64,000 nt of DNA, taken from contig OZ252150.1 in assembly GCA_965248775.1 (NCBI GenBank), positions 3,988,042 to 4,052,041 of the forward strand, written 5' to 3'. The notes below the pieces were generated by a model that saw only the letters and a list, made by a program, of their open reading frames with translations, was not told the DNA's origin and made no database searches. The DNA comes from Anaerolineales bacterium (GTDB taxonomy: Bacteria; Chloroflexota; Anaerolineae; Anaerolineales; JBHHUI01). Positions 8,469 through 17,679 of this stretch are shown piece after piece; within the stretch, counting starts at the first letter, position 1, and each line of letters opens with the position of its first letter. A program made the position numbers and the translations under genes.

Positions 8469-9951
8469 CAATACCTTTCAAATAAGCAAACAGGTGGCAC
8501 CCGAGGCATACTTGTGAGATATACAAATTCGCAAGATGCCAGGGGGCCACCTGATGGGATACAGATTACGCGAGGTTGACATCGAGAGCAAGTTTTGCCG
8601 GGAACTGACATTTACAAGCCTGAGCCGGGTTATTCCGCCAGATGTGGTCGAAGCAGCGTTGGAGGCAGAAGGCTTGAAAACGCAACGCGAGCGCAAATTG
8701 AATCTGGTCGTGACAGTGTTTTTAATCATCACAATGAACATCTACACGCAATCTTCTCTGGGGCGGGTAATGCGTAAGATCGCCCAGGGGTTGCGGTACA
8801 TCTGGAACAATCCGGAATACGCGGTACCGAAAGACAGTGCGATTACCTATCGGCGCTATCAACTGGGTGCTCGACCGGTCGTGCGTTTGTTTCGGCATGT
8901 ATGTCGACCGATAGCTACGACGGAGACAGCCGGCGCGTTCCTCTTTGGATTGCGCCTGATGGCCATCGATGGCACGGTTGAAGATGTGGCTGACACGCCG
9001 GAGAATGCGGCGGCTTTTGGACGGCACCACAGCCCGCGCGGCCAGAGCGCTTTTCCGCAGGTGCAAGGGGTGTATCTGGTCGAGTGCGGCACGCATACGA
9101 TTGTCGATGCGGGCTTCTGGCCTTGCCACACCAGCGAGCGCATAGGTGGTTTTCGCCTGTTGCGCTCGGTCGAGATGGGCATGTTGGTGATGTGGGACCG
9201 TGGGTTTCATGATTATGACATGCTGCGCATGGTTTTGGAGCGCGGGGGACACATTTTGAGCCGATTTCCAGCCCATGTCAAGCCTAAAAACCGCTGTCCC
9301 TTGCCAGATGGCTCCTACACCGCCTACCTGACCCCCTCCGACTACCAGCGCCGCAAGCGGGGCGAGCGCCTCCTGGTGCGCATCGTCGAATACACCATAA
9401 GTGACCCGGCACTCCCCGGTTACGGTGAAGTGCACCGCTTGGTTACCACCTTGCTGAACCCCGAAGCCTTCCCAGCCCTGGAACTCGCGCGAGCTTATCA
9501 CGAACGCTGGGAAATCGAATTGGTCATCGATGAAGTCGACACCCATCAACGTCTGGCCGGACGCCCGCTGCGCAGTCTCAAGCCGGTCGGGGTCATTCAG
9601 GAACTGTATGGCCTGCTCATCGCACACTTCATCATCCGCTTCCTGATGCATGCGGCTGCCCAACGCACCGGTCTCGATCCCGACCAACTCAGCTTTGTGC
9701 ATGCACTCGAACTCGTGCGCGACACGCTCGCCGAGTTTCAAAAGACGGCCGTTGACCAACTCGGCCAACTCTATGACCGCTTGTTGCATGACATCGCTGA
9801 CGTTCGTCTGCCTCTCCGCCGTGCCCGTTCAAACCCGCGTGTAGTCAAACGCAAGATGTCAAAGTTCCGCCTGAAACAGCCGGAGCATTATCACTGGCCC
9901 CAACCCCGACAACCTTTCCGGCAAGCTTTGGCCCTTATTTGAAAGGTATTG
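8469..9951 (+). mobile_element. IS4-family insertion sequence (1483 bp). Perfect 18-bp terminal IRs CAATACCTTTCAAATAAG at 8469-8486 and 9934-9951. 10-bp TSD CAACTAAATC at 8459-8468 and 9952-9961.
   Basis: IRs and TSD read directly from the sequence. A single DDE transposase ORF lies inside. Confidence 0.85.
8536..9942 (+). CDS. IS4 family DDE transposase (468 aa)
   Basis: YHERWEIE...K motif typical of the IS4/IS10/IS50 Y-R-E-K signature; conserved D residues (MAIDGT, VMWDRGF). Confidence 0.8.
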   Translation: MPGGHLMGYRLREVDIESKFCRELTFTSLSRVIPPDVVEAALEAEGLKTQRERKLNLVVTVFLIITMNIYTQSSLGRVMRKIAQGLRYIWNNPEYAVPKDSAITYRRYQLGARPVVRLFRHVCRPIATTETAGAFLFGLRLMAIDGTVEDVADTPENAAAFGRHHSPRGQSAFPQVQGVYLVECGTHTIVDAGFWPCHTSERIGGFRLLRSVEMGMLVMWDRGFHDYDMLRMVLERGGHILSRFPAHVKPKNRCPLPDGSYTAYLTPSDYQRRKRGERLLVRIVEYTISDPALPGYGEVHRLVTTLLNPEAFPALELARAYHERWEIELVIDEVDTHQRLAGRPLRSLKPVGVIQELYGLLIAHFIIRFLMHAAAQRTGLDPDQLSFVHALELVRDTLAEFQKTAVDQLGQLYDRLLHDIADVRLPLRRARSNPRVVKRKMSKFRLKQPEHYHWPQPRQPFRQALALI

Positions 9952-11892
9952 CAACTAAATCATAGTGTAAGCGTCGTTCCGACGACAAGTATCCGTATCT
10001 TTGCCAGGGCCTCAGTGCTCGCCTCGCTGGCGGCGGCGCTCCTTTCATTAGGACTCGCCACAATGCTTTACCGACGCAAATTTGCAGAACCAGCTGCGGC
10101 CGCGCTTTCTTTTTATCTGTTGATCTTTGGAATTGCGATGGCCGGCCCTTTGGAGGCAGCGAGCGTCTACTGGACCGGTGGCATGTCAGCCGCGCTAGCT
10201 TTGCAGACTATCCTGCTCGCAACCCCCACAGTTGCCTTATTGCTGCTGTTTCCGAGCGGTGCGTTTGTTCCGACCTGGACGCGCTGGGTATTCGCGCTGA
10301 CTATCCCATGGAACGTCTTATTGATCTTCGTACCCGTTTACAATTCGGTCGCGATCTCGCAGCAACCTGGATTATTTGTAGCTTACACCACCCTCTGGAT
10401 CTGTTTCATGGGCGTTGGCATCTACGCGCAGATATATCGTTATAGACGCGTCGCGGGCCTCGCCGAACGCCAGCAAACGCGTTGGGTGCTGTACGGTTTC
10501 GCTATCTGGTTTGGGATCATATTGCTAACGGCAGGCCCGTACTTCTATTTGGAGGGTCTACCACCGGACGCACCCAGCCCATGGTGGGTACCTGCAAGCG
10601 AACTCGTGTGGTTTCTGAGTCTGAACATCCTTCCGATCTGTCTCACAGTGGCGATCACGCGCTACCGATTGTGGGACATTGATCTCGTCGTCAACCGCAC
10701 ACTCGTCTACGGTGCATTGACCGCCGGCGTGGTCGTGCTCTACTTCGGCGGCGTCGTCGGACTGGGACTGTTGTTCCAACCTGCGAACAATCTACTCATC
10801 CCACTCCTCACAGCTGGTTTGGCGGCCGTGGTCTTCAACCCGTTGCGCGTTCGACTGCAAGGGACTATCAACCGTATGATGTATGGGGAGCGGGACGACC
10901 CGGTGGCAGTGTTGTCCCGCTTGAGCACGCAGCTGGAGATGACAGGTTCACCTACCGACGCTCTCAACAGTATTGTCGAGACCATCACTCAAGCACTCAA
11001 GTTACCCTATGCCGCCATCGAGTTAAGAGAAGGAACGAAACCGGCAGCAACTTTTGGTGTCCCGACGAATGAATTACAACGCTTTGCTCTTGTCCATCAG
11101 GGCGTAAATGTGGGCCAGATGGTCGTTGCTACCCGAGCAGCGCAGGAACCTTTCAATCCCAAAGACCTGCGCTTACTCAAGAATATGGCCCAGCAAGCTG
11201 GTGCGGCTGCCCATGCAGTCCGTCTGACAGCCGACCTGCAATACTCACGCGAAAGGCTCGTGACAGCCCGGGAAGAAGAACGTCGACGTATCCGGCGCGA
11301 TCTACACGACGGGCTGGGTCCCACGCTTGCGGTACAAGCCCTCAAACAGGAAGAAGCCCTCGAGGCGTTGTCCGACGACCCGGCTGGCGCCCGCATCTTA
11401 CTGGAGGAACTTAATACAGAGACACAGCAGCTGTTGACCGACGTGCGCCGCCTGGCTTACGATCTGCGCCCGCCGGCGTTGGATGAACTCGGGTTGGTCG
11501 CTGCCGTCCGAGAGCAGGCAATTCAAATGCTCCAGGGCGCGAATGGCTTACGAGTGGATGTGCATGCTCCGCCTGACCTACCCGAATTGCCGGCGGCCGT
11601 CGAAACGGCAGCCTATCGCATTGCGGTGGAGGCCATATCCAATGTAGGCCGCCATACCAAAGCACAAATTTGTACGGTGCGATTCAAACTTTCTAATGAA
11701 ATGTCTGCCTTACACTTCGAAGTTGAAGATGACGGCCAGGGAAATACACACGATCTACGGGCTGGAGTCGGGCTGACTTCGATGAAGGAACGCGCTGAAG
11801 AATTAGGTGGCCACTTGACCATTGAGAACAGCTCGCCGAGAGGTTTGATTGTCCGAGCGGTACTGCCTGTTCCGGTGCGAGGGAATGGATGA
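9952..11892 (+). pseudogene. sensor histidine kinase (multi-TM N-terminal domain, GAF-like region, HisKA_3 + HATPase_c), 3' part of the IS4-disrupted gene
   Basis: H-box RRDLHDGLGPTLA (NarX/HisKA_3 type) and C-terminal G-box (GVGLTSMKERAEELGG). It is followed by a LuxR-type response regulator. Confidence 0.8.
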
Positions 11893-12551
11893 GCATCATC
11901 CGGCTTCTGATCGCGGACGACCATACCCTCTTCCGGGAAGGACTGCATGCACTTCTCGATAAGGAAGCGGATGTACAAGTAGTGGGTGAAGCGCAATCCG
12001 GAGAAGAGGCCATTGCCATGGCCACAGCGCTTGAACCAGATGTAATCCTGATGGATATCCAAATGCCCGGCCAAAACGGCATTGAGGCCACGCGCCAGAT
12101 TGTGCGCGCCAATGAAAAAATTGGCGTGATCATCGTCACAATGTTGGAGGACGACAGTTCGGTATTTGCCGCAATGCGCGCCGGCGCTCGCGGCTACGTG
12201 CTCAAAGGAGCCAAGAAAGCGGAGATGCTACGCGCCATCCGGGCTGCAGCGGCTGGGGAGGCACTCTTTGGTCCCGGCATCGCAAACCGTCTGACATCAT
12301 TTTTCTCTCGTCTGGATTCCGACACGCTCCCCCCGGAACAACCTTTTCCGGAACTCACAGAGCGCGAGCACGAAGTACTCGACCTGATCGCGCAGGGGTG
12401 CAACAACGCCGCCATCGCCGAGCGACTGTCGCTGAGTCCCAAGACAGTCAGCAATCATATCTCGAATATCTACAACAAATTACAAGTAGCTGATCGGCTC
12501 GAAGCTTACCAGCAAGCCCGCGCAGCCGGGATGGGGACCGAAAGGGGGTAG
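11889..12551 (+). CDS. response regulator, NarL/FixJ (LuxR) family
   Basis: REC domain (DDH...D...ILMDIQMPG) plus C-terminal LuxR HTH (EREHEVLDLIAQGCNNAAIAERLSLSPKTVSNH). Overlaps the kinase stop (ATGA). Confidence 0.85.
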   Translation: MSIIRLLIADDHTLFREGLHALLDKEADVQVVGEAQSGEEAIAMATALEPDVILMDIQMPGQNGIEATRQIVRANEKIGVIIVTMLEDDSSVFAAMRAGARGYVLKGAKKAEMLRAIRAAAAGEALFGPGIANRLTSFFSRLDSDTLPPEQPFPELTEREHEVLDLIAQGCNNAAIAERLSLSPKTVSNHISNIYNKLQVADRLEAYQQARAAGMGTERG

Positions 12552-12672
12552 GGGCATACAGTGAAGTGTGCATACCGACGCAGTGCATTCGGCACTGTGC
12601 TGCACTTTGCAGCAGGAACATTCTGGGATAGCAAACATCTGTCGACTTGCCGTTCCCGCAAGGATCATCATG

Positions 12673-12993
12673 TCAACCGCGCCCACCCGCAAGCTGCGCT
12701 GCTTCCGGCGAACGCCGCAATGCCAGCATCGCCCAGATTCCCAGTGTTGGACCAATGGCCAGAATTGAAAATGCAAAACGCCAGCCGACAAGTTCAACAG
12801 CCGGTGGAATCAAGCGAATCGTGAAGAGAGTCAGCAGAAAACCGAGACTCGTTTGAAGCGTAAGCGCGCTCCCGATATATTCAGGCGGGCTGAGTTCGCT
12901 CACACATGCTGAGAACTGCGCCGAGTCAGCTGCTACTACGAATCCCCAGACCAGACTGACCGTGACGACTATCACAGGGTCGTATTGCATCAT
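12673..12993 (-). pseudogene. C-terminal fragment (last 2-3 TM helices) of an MFS transporter gene split by a transposon
   Basis: Hydrophobic MFS-like C-terminus. The matching N-terminal part is at 15111-16145 on the same strand. Confidence 0.6.
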
Positions 12994-13151
12994 GTAAGAA
13001 TCTTACCCTGAGAAGCCGTTGCCAGTCCAGTTTTTCCATCATTTTCAACCTGATTCGAGGTGTGACTTTTCGATCAATTGGTCAAGCCTCACCTAGTTTC
13101 CTCTGCTTCCGCTGGAGCTGCCTGACGCGCAGCCGAAGCCACGCAGGCGAG

Positions 13152-13212
13152 CACTGTCAACACCCCTTGTTGAGATGCGTGTGCAAAGAGCGTCAAGGGG
13201 TGTTGACGAAGC
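13152..13212. repeat. perfect 13-bp inverted repeat GTCAACACCCCTT / AAGGGGTGTTGAC separated by 26 bp
   Basis: Seen directly, in the non-coding end region of the rve element. Confidence 0.7.
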
Positions 13213-13317
13213 GCAGCCGCAGTGGCACGCTGCGGAGCGCAGGGGGCTCCAGCGAGAAGCAGGCGTTCTGTTTCCCGTTGGTGAGCCGAGATAAAAGCAG
13301 GCTGGTAGTCGACACAT

Positions 13318-15066
13318 TCATCCCGACCCAGTGCCTTCGTCACGACCCAGTGCCTTCGTCACGACCCAGTTCATTCGTCCTGACCCAGTACGTTCAGGAC
13401 TGGGTGCTGCTGCGGCGACATGATCCGCGAACTCCTCGTTCGCCTCGAGTTCATGTTCCGCTTGCTTGAGGCGCCAGTCATGTACTCGGCGCTGGAGCGT
13501 GCGTAACTGACCGTCACTGAATTTGCCGGGCTGGCCTTGTTGCAACCACTGGAAGAGCATCTTGGCAGTGAGGTAAGGCGTTTGCTCCAATTGCTGCTCA
13601 ACTTCGTCCCAGACGTCTTCGAATGGATCTTTTCGGGTACGCCACCAGCGCTTCACCTGGCCATAGCGCCCTTTGCGTTTCGTGCGCCGGTACATGCGCG
13701 CAGCACGCTCGAGGCGTCGGGCGGTACCGTTGTCGTTGGGCGGTGGTGCGTTGCCATTGGCCGTGCTGGTGATGGCGCGCGCGTTCGGCAGCACCGGTGC
13801 TTTGGCGGACGGGTATGCTGTTTCCGCCGGATGCACGGATCCATTCACATGCTGTGCGGTGGAGCTGTTGGGTGACGCGGTAGCGGACAGCGCGAGCGGG
13901 TTGACGTAGGCGTGCTGCCAGAATAGGTCCTGTAAAGATTCGATCTGCTGTAGCAGGTTCAAAGGGTCCAACTGGCGGTACTGTTCTCCAAGTGCGCGCC
14001 TGGTTTCATCCGAGATACTCTCAGTGGCCGTGACACGCTGATAGGGCGTCCGCGCCAAATCGTATTTGCGCATGATGCGGTTGCCGACGCGTTTTTTCTC
14101 CACCAGCTTGACAGAAGGCTGGAAAAAGTTCACGTAAAGCCGGAGTTGCGTGTACAAAGCACCCAAAACGCGGCAGGCTTCTATGCCAACGAAACGGTCG
14201 TAGCCGACGAACTTGCGCACAATGGAGCCGTTCTTCTGTTCGACATGGCACTGGTCGTTCTCCCGGTAAGGGCGTGAACGAGTGAAGGTGATGCCTTCGT
14301 CCTGGCAGTAGTGAAAGAGCAGATAATTCAAGAACTCGCCGCCGTTGTCGGTGTCCAACCCCAACAGGTCGAAGGGCAGCTGTGTACGGATGCGCCGGAT
14401 TGCGCGGAGCACGGTGTCCTGGCTGCGGTACAGCAGCGCGGCGAACTCCGTCCACCCGGTAGAAACATCCGTCATCACCAGCGTGTGCACAAACTGCCCA
14501 TCGATGCGATCGCCACAGTGGGCGACCAGGTCGGCTTCGATAAAGCCCGGCCCATCTTCGTTCCACTCTGCAAATGTGCGCACGGGCACATGATGCTTGA
14601 GCAGGCTACCCGGCCTGGTGGTGCTGCGGCCGTAGGGCAGTTGACCGCGCCGCACGTCTGCCAGGAGGCGGTCAACCGTCGCCGTGCTGATCGCAAGCAG
14701 GCGTTCACGCACATCGTCCGAGAGCGAGAGGTGACCGTGCCGCTCCAGGGCGGCCACGAACTCCGGCAGAAACGGCACTAGCCGTTTGGAGCAGATACGG
14801 TTGGCAGCTTCCCAGACCTCCACCAACGCCGCCTGCACCTCGGGCGTGTAGATTCGGGGCGACGGTTTCCGCGGCCGTCTCGCAGGTTGCGCTGCCTGGG
14901 CGTCATGATACTTGAGCAACGTGAGGGCGTATTTGCGGTGATAGCCGGTGGCAGCGGTTAATTCGTTGAGGATGGTTTGCTTCTCTTTCTTGGACGCCTG
15001 CTGGTAACGCGGCGCGGTGCTGGCCAGAAGTTCACGGCGTGATTGCAGACTCATGGGATGCCTCAT
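13318..15066 (-). CDS. DDE transposase with N-terminal HTH and rve integrase catalytic core (582 aa; IS481/ISNCY-like, family not resolved)
   Basis: DTDNGGEF and the downstream E of an rve DDE triad. A long basic C-terminal extension reads through a palindromic repeat (...GRMNWVVTKALGRDEGTGSG). Confidence 0.7.
   Translation of the reverse strand: MRHPMSLQSRRELLASTAPRYQQASKKEKQTILNELTAATGYHRKYALTLLKYHDAQAAQPARRPRKPSPRIYTPEVQAALVEVWEAANRICSKRLVPFLPEFVAALERHGHLSLSDDVRERLLAISTATVDRLLADVRRGQLPYGRSTTRPGSLLKHHVPVRTFAEWNEDGPGFIEADLVAHCGDRIDGQFVHTLVMTDVSTGWTEFAALLYRSQDTVLRAIRRIRTQLPFDLLGLDTDNGGEFLNYLLFHYCQDEGITFTRSRPYRENDQCHVEQKNGSIVRKFVGYDRFVGIEACRVLGALYTQLRLYVNFFQPSVKLVEKKRVGNRIMRKYDLARTPYQRVTATESISDETRRALGEQYRQLDPLNLLQQIESLQDLFWQHAYVNPLALSATASPNSSTAQHVNGSVHPAETAYPSAKAPVLPNARAITSTANGNAPPPNDNGTARRLERAARMYRRTKRKGRYGQVKRWWRTRKDPFEDVWDEVEQQLEQTPYLTAKMLFQWLQQGQPGKFSDGQLRTLQRRVHDWRLKQAEHELEANEEFADHVAAAAPSPERTGSGRMNWVVTKALGRDEGTGSG
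13321..13410. repeat. palindromic repeat family copy A: two tandem 19-bp units GACCCAGTGCCTTCGTCAC plus GACCCAGT...ACTGGGTG hairpins
   Basis: Shares the ACCCAGT-loop-ACTGGGT core with the copies at 32750, 33187, 33662 and 33845. Confidence 0.75.
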
Positions 15067-15110
15067 CGATCTCCTCCGAACGTCCGAACAACGGGAACAT
15101 TCGGTAAGGA

Positions 15111-16145
15111 TTAGCGTGAGTCAACGATCTTGTCAAAGTAAGGTTTTCGATGATGCAATGCGGGGTTAGCGCCAAATAAAAATCCTATCCCGAGTGCACA
15201 TAACCCGCTGATCGCCATACTGCCGATGGTCAAAGTTGTGCGGCCCATACGGTCGGCAAGCAGGCCGGCCAACAAGCTTCCCAATCCCCCGATTGCAATC
15301 ACTGCAAACGCAGCCACGGCAGCCCACGCGGGCGCAACACCCACTTGTTCAAAACTGGCAAGCAAGAACAGTGGTATCCAGGCCCACATGGCATAGAGTT
15401 CCCACATATGTCCAAGGTAACCAAAGTTCGCCAGCCGTATCCCGCGTTCAGCCAAAGCCCGGAATGCAAAGCGCGGATTGAAGCGGGCCGACTTTGTAAC
15501 GTACGGGCCCGCACGCACGCCAACAATTGCAATCAATCCGCCCAACAACGCCAGCCCACTGGCCGCAAGCACCACAGTACGCCAGGAAAAATCACCGAAA
15601 CCAGTGATGAGATGCGGTGCAGCACTTCCCACCGTCAGCGCGCCAACTAGCAAGCCAATCCCCAAACCCCGATCAGCTTGCGTCCAGGTGGCCACCAGTT
15701 TCATGCCGACCGGATACACACCTGCGAGCAACATGCCGGTTACAAATCGCAACACCAAAGCCGGAGGCAGGCTATCCACAAAGAGAGGAATGGCTGCATT
15801 GGCAAATGCTGCCGTGATCGCCGAAGCAGCAAAGAACCAGCGTGCTGGAATGATGTCCGCCAGATTGAACATAGCTGAGATCAACGTCCCGGCGACAAAT
15901 CCGATCTGTACGCTCATCGTGAGCCAGGTCTTGCCGCCATCACTCAGGCCCCACGCCTCCGTCAGGTCTGGCACAACCGCCGAAGCCGAGAACCACAGCG
16001 AGAATGAGAGCAACGCGGCAATCGCCAACAAGATCAAAGTTCGCCATTTTTTGCGCATACCAGGAAGTGTATGCGCGCTTGTAGATTCGCGTCGTAACGT
16101 GCGGCACGGAATGGCTGCTGGTTTGTAACGCAAAGTATATGGCAA
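15111..16145 (-). pseudogene. N-terminal ~300-codon part of the MFS transporter gene (likely true start MRKKWRT near 16058), truncated by the rve element
   Basis: About 10 TM helices and an MFS-like loop motif. The final residues HHRKPYFDKIVDSR are read from element DNA. Confidence 0.6.
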
Positions 16146-16160
16146 GTGCGTTTGCCACTA

Positions 16161-17578
16161 GTGGGTCACTTGGCACGGACATCGCCATAAAATGAATCGG
16201 GCTTTAGAATTGGCTGCATCCTTGATCACATAGGTGATGAAATGAGCCGACGCAAGAAAGACCCGCTTCGTGAACTGACGAAGGAAGAGCGGGAATGGCT
16301 GGAACGTATTGGCCATTCGCAGACGGAGCCTGCTAGTCATGTCGTTCGCGCCCGACAGATTCTGTTCGTGGCGGATGGGAACAATTACACCGAGGCCGCG
16401 CGCTTGTCGGGTCGGAAGTCCGGTGACGCGGTCTCGCAGTTGGTCAGCCGTTTCAACCGGGAAGGCTTGGCGGCCCTCGAGCCAAAGCATGGGGGAGGAC
16501 CTCAGGTGACGTACGGGGCAGAAGAGCGCGAGCGCATTCTGCAGGAAGTGCGCCGACCACCCATTCCGGAGACAGACGGGACGGCGACGTGGTCGCTGCA
16601 AACTTTGCAGCAACGGTTGCGCTCGATGCCGGATGGCTTGCCCGAGGTGAGCACCTATACCATCTGGACGGTGTTGCAGGAAGCCGGCTACAGCTGGCAG
16701 CAGTCGCGCAGCTGGTGCGAAACCGGCCAAGCAACACGCAAGCGAAAGGGCGGCACTGTTATTGTGACCGACCCAGATACCGAGGCGAAAAAAACTTGAT
16801 CGAAAGCGCCTACCATACTGGCGAAACGCTCGGCCTGGCCGTCTGGACCCAAGATGAAGCCGGACCTTATCAGACCAAGCCATATGTGGGGGGCAGCTGG
16901 CAGCCCGAGGCGCAGCCGGCCAAACAGCCGCACGAGTACATCCGCGACGGAACGGCAAAATTGCTAACACTATTTCACCCGGCTTCTGGACAAGTGCGCG
17001 TGAAAGGCGTCACGCGTACTACCAATGCTATTTTGCATCCATGGCTCAAGGACGAACTGTTGGCTATCCTGCAGGCATTGCCGGCCAAACCCCAACTCGA
17101 CGTTGAAGCCAATCGCCTGCTATGGGAAAGCTGGCAAGCCGGATTATCGTTGCCCATCACCTTGTCGCAAGAACTTCCAGCTCTGCGCATGCTACTCATC
17201 TGGGATAACCTCAAAGGCCATTACACTCCGGAGATGGTTCTGTGGTTGTTCGAACACGGCATTATGCCGCTGTATACACCGTTGGGCGGCTCGTGGTTGA
17301 ACATGGCTGAATCGATGCAGCGAATTCTCGTTCGGCGTGGCCTGTCCGGCCAGTATCCGCAAACACCTGATCAATTCATTGCCTTGTTACAAGGCGTCGC
17401 GCAGGGTTGGAACCAGAACCCCACTCCGTTTGAATGGGGCGGCAAACGTAAGGCACGTCGCCAACGCAGTCGGCAGCGGCGGCACATGCTCGGTGGTTCC
17501 GGCGCGTACACTCGGCATCCGATCCGCCGCCGCTCAACGCTGATCCAACAATGGCAATCAGCATGCCAAGTGACCCAC
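16161..17578 (+). mobile_element. IS630-family insertion sequence (1418 bp). 15-bp perfect terminal IRs GTGGGTCACTTGGCA at 16161-16175 and 17564-17578. Flanking TA at 16159-16160 and 17579-17580.
   Basis: TA target duplication and IR structure typical of IS630/Tc1-mariner elements; seen directly. Confidence 0.85.
16242..16799 (+). CDS. IS630 transposase N-terminal (HTH) part, ORF A
   Basis: Helix-turn-helix region. It ends just after an A7 run at 16788-16794. Confidence 0.75.
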   Translation: MSRRKKDPLRELTKEEREWLERIGHSQTEPASHVVRARQILFVADGNNYTEAARLSGRKSGDAVSQLVSRFNREGLAALEPKHGGGPQVTYGAEERERILQEVRRPPIPETDGTATWSLQTLQQRLRSMPDGLPEVSTYTIWTVLQEAGYSWQQSRSWCETGQATRKRKGGTVIVTDPDTEAKKT

Positions 17579-17581
17579 TAG
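16787..17581 (+). CDS. IS630 transposase DDE (DDE_3) part, ORF B, in the -1 frame relative to ORF A
   Basis: Conserved IS630 DDE blocks ([28 protein letters not shown]). A -1 shift at the A7 tract would fuse ORF A and ORF B. Confidence 0.75.
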   Translation, partial: EKNLIESAYHTGETLGLAVWTQDEAGPYQTKPYVGGSWQPEAQPAKQPHEYIRDGTAKLLTLFHPASGQVRVKGVTRTTNAILHPWLKDELLAILQALPAKPQLDVEANRLLWESWQAGLSLPITLSQELPALRMLLIWDNLKGHYTPEMVLWLFEHGIMPLYTPLGGSWLNMAESMQRILVRRGLSGQYPQTPDQFIALLQGVAQGWNQNPTPFEWGGKRKARRQRSRQRRHMLGGSGAYTRHPIRRRSTLIQQWQSACQVTH

Positions 17582-17679
17582 CTATTATCCATTCGCTGGC
17601 AGCCATTGGCCATTCGTCGTTTGACTCTCGACCGCAACCATATTAGATTCCTTTCATCCCAACAGCGACAGGTGATCCA

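Larger units (their letters stand above)
12994..15150 (-). mobile_element. ~2.1-kb transposable element encoding an rve/DDE (integrase-core) transposase; ends approximate
   Basis: It sits between the two halves of the MFS gene. Only weak end similarity was seen (AATCTTACC / AATCCTTACC); exact termini not resolved. Confidence 0.5.

Noticed and set aside
8722-9789. 355-aa ORF antisense to the IS4 transposase
   Set aside because: No recognisable domains; fully contained in the transposase gene on the opposite strand.
16158-16970. 270-aa ORF antisense to the IS630 ORF A
   Set aside because: It starts in the IS terminal repeat and is Arg/Ala-rich, with no homology signal; shadow ORF.
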